DNA from: a virus
Taxonomy: Duplodnaviria > Caudoviricetes
DNA length: 38,639 nt
Strand: one strand, 5' to 3'
Virus record (IMG/VR): IMGVR_UViG_3300031520_000012
Span: 1 to 38,639 of that record
The notes beneath the pieces are model-generated. The model saw nothing but the letters and a program-made list of their open reading frames with translations. It had not been told where the DNA came from and made no database searches. The position numbers and the translations under genes were made by a program. The first letter of the stretch is position 1. Every line of letters begins with the position of its first letter. This document shows, one piece after another, positions 25,032-33,174 of the stretch.

Positions 25032-26636
25032 TCATCGCAGGCTGCCGCGCAGCTCGCGCCGTCGCAGGCGCGGCTCGACGATCTCGTCGACTTCTTCTTG
25101 CCCGGCTTGTCCTGGTGCGACGGGCGACTGGCGACTGCCGACGGCCCGATAGTCGTATTCCTCCGGCTCGGCCCGGCTCGCGGCATAGGCGAGGCAAGCG
25201 GCGATCGCGGCGTCGCCGTGGCGCTGCTTGCGCTCATCGTTGAGCCGCGCGTGCGGGATACGGGCCACGCCGCGCACCAGCTTCAGCATCCGGAAGTCGC
25301 CGAGCAGCTCGTCGTCGGCCGGCAGATCCAGCTGCCCGTCCTCGAGTGCTGCTTTCAGCGGCGGCATGTTCTCGCGATACCAGGGTTCGGAGAGCTGCAC
25401 TTCCTCGACCAGCGCGCCATAGCGCTGCGTCGCCACCTCGGCCAGGTAGGCGCCGTTGCCGCCGGCGTCGAGCTTCATGGCGCCGAACCGCGGCAGCCGG
25501 TCGCATAGATAATACAGGATTTGCTTCTGTTGCTCGAACGGCACGTTGCGCAGTTCCACCACGAACGGCGTGCGCCGGGCCAGCGTGCGCGTGATCGCCA
25601 GCGGCCACAGCACGGTCAGGTCGCGCACGCGGCCGAAGTCCTCGCCGAGCACGTGGCGGCTGGAGCGGTCGAGATAGAGCAAATGCGGCAGCAGCACGTC
25701 CTGACACCAAACCAGCGCCGCGCGGCCGCGCACCTGCTCGCTCTCGACCTTGAAGCCCGCCGGACACTCCCAGCGCAGCACCGGCACGCCCGGCGTCGCG
25801 CGCGCCTCGAGCAGCGTGGCGGGCAGATAGGTGCCGGTCGACGGGCTCGGAATGACGTCGAGCTCCTCGTCGGCCGCGTCGCCGTATTTGGCGCGGATAT
25901 CGGCGACCCAGGCCGCCTCGCCCGCCTCGGTCCAGATCGTGCCCTGGCGCAGGCAGATCCGGCGATACAGCCCTTGCGCGACCGCGTCATCGAACGTGCA
26001 GCGCAACAGATGGTAGGGCTTGCGACCGGCGCGGATGTCCTCGACGAGCACGGCGAACGGATTGGTGTCGCCGTTATGGGTCGAACAGACCACGACCTTG
26101 CCGCCCCAGATCAGCAGCGCGAAAGCGGCCTTTAAGACCTCGTCGAGATCGTCCATGAACGCCGCCTCGTCGAGGATCACGAGGCCTTGTTTGCCGCGCA
26201 GCGCCCGCGGCACCGACGGCAGCGCGATCACCTCGTAACCGGCGGCGAAACGGATGCGGAACGCACCGATATCCTTGTCGGGCCGCTCCGGATCGCGGAA
26301 CAGGAACTCCTCCACCTCGGAGGCCGCGACCTGCATCGCCTTGGCCCCGTCCGCGACATAGCCGACGAACTCGCGGGTCATGTCCTTTTCGTAGCCCATG
26401 TAGAGCACGTCGGAGCCGCCCTCGGCGCGCGCGGTCGACGCCTGCGCCGCCGCGACCGCCGCCAGCGCCCAGGAGTAGCCGGTGCGCCGGCTCTTCTCGA
26501 TCACGGTCACCGCGTTGCGGTCGACCGACTGCCACAGCTCCTGCTGATACGGCAGGAAGACGTCGGGAAGTTCGGTGAGCGCGCTCGTGCCGATCGCATG
26601 CTGCCGCGCGCTCACAACGCTGAACTGCTCACTCAT
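25032..26636 (-). CDS. Terminase large subunit (Mu gp28-like)
   Basis: LPYQQ, EKSRRTGYSW (Walker A-like), LRG.QG.VILDEAAF (Walker B), STHNG, GEDFGR..D, HGD.AIA; start MSEQFS at an ATGA overlap. Confidence 0.95.
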   Translation of the reverse strand: MSEQFSVVSARQHAIGTSALTELPDVFLPYQQELWQSVDRNAVTVIEKSRRTGYSWALAAVAAAQASTARAEGGSDVLYMGYEKDMTREFVGYVADGAKAMQVAASEVEEFLFRDPERPDKDIGAFRIRFAAGYEVIALPSVPRALRGKQGLVILDEAAFMDDLDEVLKAAFALLIWGGKVVVCSTHNGDTNPFAVLVEDIRAGRKPYHLLRCTFDDAVAQGLYRRICLRQGTIWTEAGEAAWVADIRAKYGDAADEELDVIPSPSTGTYLPATLLEARATPGVPVLRWECPAGFKVESEQVRGRAALVWCQDVLLPHLLYLDRSSRHVLGEDFGRVRDLTVLWPLAITRTLARRTPFVVELRNVPFEQQKQILYYLCDRLPRFGAMKLDAGGNGAYLAEVATQRYGALVEEVQLSEPWYRENMPPLKAALEDGQLDLPADDELLGDFRMLKLVRGVARIPHARLNDERKQRHGDAAIAACLAYAASRAEPEEYDYRAVGSRQSPVAPGQAGQEEVDEIVEPRLRRRELRGSLR

Positions 26637-27211
26637 GCCGGCGCACGCACGCCGAAGATGCCGGCCTTGATCGCCGCCATCGTTGCCTTGGTGATGCCAG
26701 CGTCCTTCGCGATCGCCTCGACCCGCGCCGCGGCGGCCTTGCGTTCCTTCTCGGCCGCGCGCGTCTCGACCTGCTGGATGAACTCCATGTCGGTCTTGCT
26801 CGCCCGGGTCAGGCTCTCGAGCGAGCGGGCCAGCATCATCAGGCCCTCGGGATTGCCCGCGAGCGCCGCGCGGCCATCCTTGTCGATGACGTCCATGTCC
26901 TCGTCGGCCTTGTTGAACAGGTCGAACACCGCGCCGTGCAGCAGCTCGATGTTGAGCTGCGCGGTCCGGCTCGCCGGCGCGTCGCCCAGCTCGCGCACCA
27001 GCGCCTCGGCCACTTCGCGCGAGCGCCGCAACCGCTCGCCGACGGCAGCCATCTTCTTGACGTGGCGGCCCAGCGCCGAGCGCGACGGCGCCGCCCCGTG
27101 CAGGCCGCGCAGATGCTCCAAGATGCGGTCGATCGTCGCGCCCTGGGTGCGCAGCCGACCGATCTCGGAACGGATCTCGTCGGGCAGCTCGTCGATCGTG
27201 GACGGCCGCAT
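26633..27211 (-). CDS. Mu gp27 / DUF3486 protein (putative terminase small subunit)
   Basis: MRPSTIDELP.EI...I..L......I...L......SRSALGR signature. Confidence 0.88.
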   Translation of the reverse strand: MRPSTIDELPDEIRSEIGRLRTQGATIDRILEHLRGLHGAAPSRSALGRHVKKMAAVGERLRRSREVAEALVRELGDAPASRTAQLNIELLHGAVFDLFNKADEDMDVIDKDGRAALAGNPEGLMMLARSLESLTRASKTDMEFIQQVETRAAEKERKAAAARVEAIAKDAGITKATMAAIKAGIFGVRAPA

Positions 27212-27213
27212 CG

Positions 27214-27519
27214 TCACCGCTTGGGCGCTTGACGTCGCACGCCGGGGTGCGACAGGCCGCGCGCCACGTCCTGACCCAGATCGAGCAGCTGCACCATCCA
27301 GATCTCGCCGCCAGTGGAGACCTCGCGCTGAACCCGGACAAGACCCTGCTGCTCGAGCCAATGCAGGTCGGTCCGCACCTGATCGGTGCTGATCAGATGC
27401 GCGAACAGGGCCAGCACGGATTTGACGCTGAGGTCGGACAGCCGGTTGCCGCCGGCCTCGTCCAGGCTCGAGAGGATCAGGGCCCGCCGATCCTGCTGCA
27501 GCAAAGTCTCCAAGCTCAT
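27214..27519 (-). CDS. Mu gp26-like winged-helix protein
   Basis: DRR..IL..L.E....L...S.DQVR.DL.WL.QQGLV...G.DVARG...PGV. Confidence 0.88.
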   Translation of the reverse strand: MSLETLLQQDRRALILSSLDEAGGNRLSDLSVKSVLALFAHLISTDQVRTDLHWLEQQGLVRVQREVSTGGEIWMVQLLDLGQDVARGLSHPGVRRQAPKR

Positions 27520-27520
27520 C

Positions 27521-27871
27521 TCAGTCCTTCCTCAAGCCTTGCTCGAGCAGCAACATCACCTGGTGCTCGGTGCGCTGCTGTGAGCTCTTGATCTCGGCCA
27601 GGGTGCCGCGCACGGCAGCGACCTGTTGCTCCTGCTGGCCCATCCGGTTCGACAGCGCACCCATCAGAGCCTCGTGGTTGGCCTGGGCGTGGCGCAGGCT
27701 GCGAACGTCCTCGTCGACCGGCGCCACCATCGGCGAGACCGTCGGCGGCACGTGCCCGGCCGTCGCTATACGTGGCCGCACCAGGTGCTGCAGCAGGATC
27801 ACCACGACCAGGACCAGGCCGCCGATGATCAGGAGGCGCTCTGCCCCGCCCAAATCGCCCCACATGGTCAA
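27521..27871 (-). CDS. Membrane-anchored coiled-coil protein (Mu gp25/DUF2730-like position)
   Basis: N-terminal TM (LLIIGGLVLVVVILL), coiled coil, ends LLLEQGL. The start may be ATG 27865. Confidence 0.7.
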   Translation of the reverse strand: MTMWGDLGGAERLLIIGGLVLVVVILLQHLVRPRIATAGHVPPTVSPMVAPVDEDVRSLRHAQANHEALMGALSNRMGQQEQQVAAVRGTLAEIKSSQQRTEHQVMLLLEQGLRKD

Positions 27872-28374
27872 GCCGCCGGCGTAGCGGCCGGCTGCGGCAC
27901 GACGGCAGCGAGGCCGCCATCGATCAAATATGGCGGGGGGGGCGGCGCGGTCGCCAAGATCTTGCTCGCGACTTCGTTGCTCAATCTCGCCGCCAACACC
28001 CCGTCAGACACACCGATCTGGGCGATCGTGTCGGGCAGGTTCGTCTTGGCATAGGCAACGCAGTGCGCGATTGCCGCCTCGCGCACCGCGGCCAACGTGG
28101 CCGTGGGCGAGGGCGGATGCGCGAGCAGCATACCCACGATCCCGTCGGCCTGGCTCGCCAGCACATCCATCAGCCGCGCCACCCGGCTCGCATGAGTTCG
28201 CTCGGCGAAATAAACCGATGCCTGCCGGCATAGCGCGCCGAACAGGACGGCGACGATCACCAGACCGCAGAACAGCAGCGAACCGCCGACCGGCCCCGCG
28301 ATCGCGTCGCCCAACGTCGATGCCGAGGCAAGGCCCGGGAGAAGGAAGAATGTCATGATCAGAACGGTGCGCAT
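27868..28374 (-). CDS. Putative holin / lysis membrane protein
   Basis: Hydrophobic N-terminus and TM segment; VAYAKTNLPDTI..IG; directly follows the endolysin. Confidence 0.6.
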   Translation of the reverse strand: MRTVLIMTFFLLPGLASASTLGDAIAGPVGGSLLFCGLVIVAVLFGALCRQASVYFAERTHASRVARLMDVLASQADGIVGMLLAHPPSPTATLAAVREAAIAHCVAYAKTNLPDTIAQIGVSDGVLAARLSNEVASKILATAPPPPPYLIDGGLAAVVPQPAATPAA

Positions 28375-28387
28375 GATCGGATCGGTC

Positions 28388-28951
28388 CTATGCCAGGCTG
28401 GGTCGAAGCGGGATCGATTGGAGCGGCAGTTTGCAGAGCCGCCGCGCCCAGCCGAGGCCGAAGGCACGCCAGGTCGGCAGGGCGGCCATGAACACCAGGC
28501 GTTGGGCCTGAAACTCGGCGCACACCGTATCGAGGCCGCTGGGCGCGACGAGCGCGGACGCCAGCGCGCGCTGGGCGGTGGTGCCGAACATGCCGTCCGG
28601 CACCACGCCGACGGCCGCCTGCAGCCAGCGGACCGCACGGCCGACGCCGTTGTTGACCGCCGCGTCCATCACGAACAGCGCCAGCGGCGCCGGGACGTCG
28701 CCGCAACTCGTTCGCTGCCAATACAGCGCGTAGTAGATCGCGATCGCCTGATCGCGGGACAGGGTCGAAATGGCGAGCGTCGGATAAGCGGCCGCCGACA
28801 GGCCCCACTTCGTGCCCTTGAGCTCGCCTCGCCCGACGGCGCCGCTGGTCCAGTTGCCGGGATCGCTGGCAACCAGGCTCAAGCCGCCTTCGTGCCCGAG
28901 CACGATGTTGATGACGGCCAGAAATACGGCCGGATAGGGCGCGGCATCCAT
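28388..28951 (-). CDS. Endolysin, glycoside hydrolase family 108
   Basis: HEGG....SDPGNWT.G...GTKWGLS...YP, IY...YW, D.AVN.G..RA..WLQ, DG..G..T, FG.GW.RR. Confidence 0.93.
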   Translation of the reverse strand: MDAAPYPAVFLAVINIVLGHEGGLSLVASDPGNWTSGAVGRGELKGTKWGLSAAAYPTLAISTLSRDQAIAIYYALYWQRTSCGDVPAPLALFVMDAAVNNGVGRAVRWLQAAVGVVPDGMFGTTAQRALASALVAPSGLDTVCAEFQAQRLVFMAALPTWRAFGLGWARRLCKLPLQSIPLRPSLA

Positions 28952-29004
28952 GGCCGCAAGATACGAGGACAGTTCAGCCCAAGTTAAACCCTGCGCATGC
29001 AGGG
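28952..29004 (-). promoter_or_regulatory. Putative late promoter (Plys equivalent)
   Basis: Perfect dyad ccctgc-gcat-gcaggg at 28989-29004, then TTAAC. A -10-like TATCTT lies 6 nt before ATG 28951. Confidence 0.78.
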
Positions 29005-29011
29005 ATCGGCC

Positions 29012-29392
29012 TCAGAGGCCGGGCAGGCGGTCTTGGCCGACCAGGTCCGCATGGGCGAGATAACGGTAGACCGTGCTTTCCGTCATGTGAAGCGCGCGGG
29101 CGATCTCAGAGTAGCTGAGATGGTCGCGCACGCGCAGCACGCGCACTCGCCAGACCTTGCACAGCGGCACATTGATGAAGTTGCCGCCATACACCTCGAC
29201 CAGGTGGCGCAGGGCCTCGGCGCCGATCGTGCGCGCCAACGCGCTCCCGGCACGGGCCCGGCTCGGCACCTTGATGCGCAGCCCGCCAAGGCCCGCGACG
29301 AGGCGATAAGTGGCGTCGACGCCGATCACGGTCACGATCGGCGTCAGCTCGACCGGCGGACGCAATCGCTTGTCGACGAGCGCCAGCGTCAC
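29012..29392 (-). CDS. Mor/C-family late transcription activator
   Basis: IG.DA..RL....GG..I.VP duplicated motif, C-terminal HTH (SYSEIARALHMTESTVYRYL); last gene before lysis. GTG start inferred. Confidence 0.85.
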   Translation of the reverse strand: MTLALVDKRLRPPVELTPIVTVIGVDATYRLVAGLGGLRIKVPSRARAGSALARTIGAEALRHLVEVYGGNFINVPLCKVWRVRVLRVRDHLSYSEIARALHMTESTVYRYLAHADLVGQDRLPGL

Positions 29393-29397
29393 GACGG

Positions 29398-29643
29398 CTA
29401 CCCCTCGTCCAAGCGGAGCAGCCACACCAACAGCCGGGCGTCTCCCTTCGGCAACCGCCGGGACCGCCGCTCGATGTCATGATCGACGCAGCGCCGCCAC
29501 ACGAGCCGCACGATGGTCAGCCGCGGCCGCCGACGCACCGCGCAGAACTGGAAGCCGTGCAACGAGTAGCCGTCGGCCTTAAAGCGCGCGTGCGCCACCA
29601 GCAGCGAGGAGCGGCTCAGCGGCGGCACTTCGTCGGCCGTCAT
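29398..29643 (-). CDS. Hypothetical protein
   Basis: ATGA-coupled 81-aa ORF starting MTADEV. Confidence 0.55.
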   Translation of the reverse strand: MTADEVPPLSRSSLLVAHARFKADGYSLHGFQFCAVRRRPRLTIVRLVWRRCVDHDIERRSRRLPKGDARLLVWLLRLDEG

Positions 29644-29867
29644 GAAGCCCCCGACGATGCGCTTTTGGCCCGCAGAAAGCCCTGCTCGCGGGCATCCTCG
29701 ATCGCCATCTCGGCCATCGGCATGACCAGGTCCTCGGCGTAGGTTTGCGCCTTCTCCCGCTCGGTCGAGAGCGAGGATTTGCCGCGCGACTGCGCCGCCG
29801 CGGCGCCGAGGTTGAACGCCTCGCGCGCCGCGCTGTGCACCGCCCGGCGCACCTCGTCGGCCGTCAT
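29640..29867 (-). CDS. Hypothetical protein
   Basis: ATGA-coupled 75-aa ORF starting MTADEV. Confidence 0.65.
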   Translation of the reverse strand: MTADEVRRAVHSAAREAFNLGAAAAQSRGKSSLSTEREKAQTYAEDLVMPMAEMAIEDAREQGFLRAKSASSGAS

Positions 29868-30334
29868 GGCGCCGCCCCGATCGCGGCCTTGCGCAGCCGC
29901 GCGAGCCACGCCTTCAGCCCCTCGACCACCAGGGTCGCCTGCTTGGCGTCGAGAAACTCGGGGGCGGCGACCCCGTCCGGATGCAGCGTCGAGCGGGTCT
30001 GCCGCCGCACGAACGCGCGCAACGCCTCGACCGTATGGTGCTCGACGAAGGGTTCGAGATCGCGCCAGATGCCGTAGATCATCCGCACCTGCGCCTTCGG
30101 CGAGAGCGGCCGTTTCGGCGCCGTCGCACGCCAGCCCAGCCTGCGGAACTCATCGATCACGGCGGCGAGCTGCGCGTCGGCCAGCGTCTTGGCGCTGGTC
30201 ATCCCGGTGATGCGCTCCAGCACTTCGCCATACGCCTCACCCTGCAGCCCGAGCTGCTTGGCGCCGATATGCACCTTGGCGAGCAGCTCGCGCCGATGCC
30301 CGCCTCCCGACGAGATCGCCCGCGCCGCAGTCAT
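29864..30334 (-). CDS. gemA: GemA / Mu gp16 regulatory protein (DUF1018)
   Basis: LLAKVHIGAKQLGL....Y...L...TG..SA..L...QL..V...F.RLG; I..IW; ..VEGLKAW..R. Confidence 0.9.
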   Translation of the reverse strand: MTAARAISSGGGHRRELLAKVHIGAKQLGLQGEAYGEVLERITGMTSAKTLADAQLAAVIDEFRRLGWRATAPKRPLSPKAQVRMIYGIWRDLEPFVEHHTVEALRAFVRRQTRSTLHPDGVAAPEFLDAKQATLVVEGLKAWLARLRKAAIGAAP

Positions 30335-30588
30335 GCTCGCCCCCGTCCCGCGTCGGAAATGTTCGCCACGAACCGAACGGCCATCGCCGCAACCTGGATC
30401 GCTTCCTTGCGCATGGCATCCAACTCGCGATGCTTCTGGTTTGTGAAGACGTGAGCCTTCAGCTCTTCGACCTCTTCCAGCAAAACCGCATAGCCTTCAT
30501 GCGCGCTATTGAACGGCGGGTATTGTTCGCTCGCGACACGAACCTCGTTATGCACCTCGACGAGGATGACATCGATAAGAGTAATCAT
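30331..30588 (-). CDS. MazG-like all-alpha NTP pyrophosphohydrolase
   Basis: FNSAHEGYAVLLEEVEEL...RKEAIQVAAMAVRF pattern; ATGA-coupled; lower GC. Confidence 0.7.
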   Translation of the reverse strand: MITLIDVILVEVHNEVRVASEQYPPFNSAHEGYAVLLEEVEELKAHVFTNQKHRELDAMRKEAIQVAAMAVRFVANISDAGRGRA

Positions 30589-31175
30589 CGCACTTCTCCC
30601 CCCAACACGGACCCGAACGAGGTCACCGGCGCCGTCAGCGGCACCGGCGGCCGCGCCCATTCCGGCAGCGTCAACCGCAGCGCATCGGGGCGGATCGTGT
30701 AGGTCAGCGGCTCGGCCGCGTGCTCGGCCGGGCGCAAATGATCGAGGCGCGCGACCCGCAGCAGGACGGGCGGGAATTTATCGAACCGGTTCTCGGCCTT
30801 GGCCAGCAAGCGATACGGGCCGGGCGTCGTGATGGTGAGCTCGGCGCCGCCGGCGGCCACACCATGGATCACTGCCACGTTGCGACCGCCGCGATACCAC
30901 GGCAGTGCCCGCAGCAGCGCCGGGTAGACGATCAGCTCGAATGTCGGCTCGCCTGCGATCCAGACGCATGCCGCCGTCACGGTCCCAGCCCCGTTCGGGC
31001 CAGTTTGTTCCCTGCTGTTCATTACTTTTCCCTTCGCCCTCAGACCGGCCCCGGACGATCCCGAGACCCATTGAAACTCCGCGCGCCGCGCGCATCGCCC
31101 GCACGCGTCGGGACCGCCGTCCAGCGCCCGTTCCCAGCCCTGTCCGGCGCATTGCGAGCACGGGGCGTCGGTCAT
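30585..31175 (-). CDS. Hypothetical protein with N-terminal CxxC...CxxC
   Basis: MTDAPCSQC.G.G.......ACGRC; ATGA-coupled; possible internal start at MNSREQ. Confidence 0.6.
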   Translation of the reverse strand: MTDAPCSQCAGQGWERALDGGPDACGRCARRAEFQWVSGSSGAGLRAKGKVMNSREQTGPNGAGTVTAACVWIAGEPTFELIVYPALLRALPWYRGGRNVAVIHGVAAGGAELTITTPGPYRLLAKAENRFDKFPPVLLRVARLDHLRPAEHAAEPLTYTIRPDALRLTLPEWARPPVPLTAPVTSFGSVLGGEVR

Positions 31176-31381
31176 GCGGCACCGTCCCGCTCGAGGCTGA
31201 CGCGCAGCCCCGCGGCTTCGATCTCCGCGATGATCCAGTTCGCCTGCTCCCAATCACTCTCGCGCTGCCACGAGTTGGTCACCGGATCGTGCCGCGCGAG
31301 CGACACGGCCAGCGCGCCGACGATCCGGTCACGCGCGATCTGCCGCAGGACGGCGTGCAGCGCCGTCACCGTCGCGCTCAC
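31172..31381 (-). CDS. Hypothetical protein
   Basis: GTGA-coupled 69-aa ORF. Confidence 0.55.
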   Translation of the reverse strand: MSATVTALHAVLRQIARDRIVGALAVSLARHDPVTNSWQRESDWEQANWIIAEIEAAGLRVSLERDGAA

Positions 31382-31515
31382 TTCCGCCACGACGACGGCA
31401 TCGCCAACACGCAGCCGAGCAGGAGCGAGAGCGCCCACCCGATCGGGCTGTCGCCGGCGATCGCGCACGCGCCCAACAGGCCCACCATCATGAGTGTCGC
31501 TTTTATCGTCGGCAT
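31378..31515 (-). CDS. Small two-TM membrane protein
   Basis: MPTIKATLMMVGLLGACAIAGDSPIGWALSLLLGCVLAMPSSWRK; TGATG-coupled. Confidence 0.6.
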   Translation of the reverse strand: MPTIKATLMMVGLLGACAIAGDSPIGWALSLLLGCVLAMPSSWRK

Positions 31516-32090
31516 CACGCCCCCCCCTGAGCCGGCGCGGGTGCGTCGACCAGCCGGCGCAGCCGCATCCCGGTCCTGGTTGCCTGCCTCACCGCGCCAC
31601 CAGGCCCCCATCGCCTGGTCGCCAGCACCGAGATCCGCCGGTAGGCACGGCGCCGCTCCCGCACATCTCTGGGCAGCTCGATCTCTGCTGTTTCCCCAGG
31701 CGCGAGCGCCACCAGAGCGCACAAGCCCCCCTGCACGGCCTCCTCCTCGTCGGGACCGACCGGCAGCGATGGTTGTGGGGCCGTCAGGCGCGCGTCGCCC
31801 ACCAACGCCATCATGGCGCGAATGCGGCTGGGGTTGGCATGACACCAAGCGATCTCGATCGGCTTCAGGTCTGGTGCCGGCACGTGGTCCACGGTGATCG
31901 CGCGCACCAGGTGGCCATGGCCGCCGGTGCGGCGCAGAAACCCGCCTCGGACGAGCGCGCGCAGGTGGATCGTCGCGGCCGCCGCCGACACGCCGAGCTG
32001 CGCTCCGATCTCAGCAGCCGACGGCGCCACGCCCGTGGCATCGAGCGCCTGGCGCACCAGCAACAGCACTTCACGCTGCCGCCGGGTCAT
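31515..32090 (-). CDS. LexA DNA-binding-domain-like winged HTH protein (no peptidase domain)
   Basis: MTRRQ.EVL..V......G..PS..EIG..LG.S.....HL.AL...G.L.R......RAI. Confidence 0.85.
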   Translation of the reverse strand: MTRRQREVLLLVRQALDATGVAPSAAEIGAQLGVSAAAATIHLRALVRGGFLRRTGGHGHLVRAITVDHVPAPDLKPIEIAWCHANPSRIRAMMALVGDARLTAPQPSLPVGPDEEEAVQGGLCALVALAPGETAEIELPRDVRERRRAYRRISVLATRRWGPGGAVRQATRTGMRLRRLVDAPAPAQGGA

Positions 32091-33109
32091 GGCGAGACCT
32101 CCATCGGACGCGACGTCAGATGTTCCACGCTGCGTTTAATGTGCTCGGCCGATAGACCCTCGTCGGCAGCGCGCGCCTGCATGGACGCAATCCGCAGCGT
32201 CTTCGTCATCAGCCGCAGCGCCCCCGGCTTCTTGGCGATCGCGGCGAGCAGCCGGCGCTCGGGATCGCCGGAGATCCCCCAGGCATCGAGCAGCAGATCG
32301 ATGTCGCCCTTCAGCGCGCGCGGCCGCGGGACGCGCATGCCGACCCGCGAGAACAGCTGCGCGAATTCCGGCGTGCGGGCGCCGCCCTCGATTTTGCTGC
32401 TGATCCTCTCGTTGCCGACGAACGCGACCCCGATCCCGCCCAGATCGTGCAGCGTGCGCAGCTGATCCAGCGTCGCGGTGTTGAGGTGCTGCGCTTCGTC
32501 GACGATCAGCAGCCCGCGCGTGCCACGCATCCGCGCCACGATCGCCCGGCTCAGCCGATGCGAACTCCGCGCCTCCGACAGCCCGAGCAGCTCGGCGATC
32601 TCGTCGAGGATCATCCGCGGCGTCGAGATGCACGGCTCGCCCGTGACGACCCACACATTGGCCGCCTGCGCCCGATACGCCATGATCGACGACGTCTTCC
32701 CCACACCAGCGGCCCCCGACACCACGACCAGATCGGGCGCGTGCTGGGCATGTTCGAACGCGGTGATGAAGCTTTCCGCGCTTGGCGTCCGCACGAAGGT
32801 GGGCGCCTCCGGCAGGGTCCCGCGCGCCCGCTTGGCGCCGTCCAGGCCCCGCAGCCAGCGCTCCACCCGGTCGTCGTAGTGGCGGATGCGGCCGGCATAG
32901 TTGCCGGCGATCCACTGGCTGAACGTGCCGTAGGCGATGCCGGTCTCGCGCGCGAGCTCGGTCATCGGGCACGCCCGCTGCTCCTGCACCCGCTTGACCT
33001 CGGCTCGCAGCGCATCGTGCCGCGCGCGCTCCTCGTCCGGCGATAATGCCGGCCCGGCTGGCACCGGATCGCTCGCCTCGGTGATGATCCCCATGTCCTC
33101 GTCCTTCAC
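32087..33109 (-). CDS. MuB-like transposition AAA ATPase
   Basis: N-terminal HTH (LARETGIAYGTFSQW..G.Y.G), Walker A GAAGVGKT, Walker B LLIVDEAQHL, FAQLFSRVG, KPGALR; GTG start after AAGGGGG. Confidence 0.95.
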   Translation of the reverse strand: MKDEDMGIITEASDPVPAGPALSPDEERARHDALRAEVKRVQEQRACPMTELARETGIAYGTFSQWIAGNYAGRIRHYDDRVERWLRGLDGAKRARGTLPEAPTFVRTPSAESFITAFEHAQHAPDLVVVSGAAGVGKTSSIMAYRAQAANVWVVTGEPCISTPRMILDEIAELLGLSEARSSHRLSRAIVARMRGTRGLLIVDEAQHLNTATLDQLRTLHDLGGIGVAFVGNERISSKIEGGARTPEFAQLFSRVGMRVPRPRALKGDIDLLLDAWGISGDPERRLLAAIAKKPGALRLMTKTLRIASMQARAADEGLSAEHIKRSVEHLTSRPMEVSP

Positions 33110-33174
33110 TCGATCCCCCTTTTTGGGTTGTTGGTTGCCGGCGCCGCTTGTTCGCCGCCGGTGATCGATATCGA

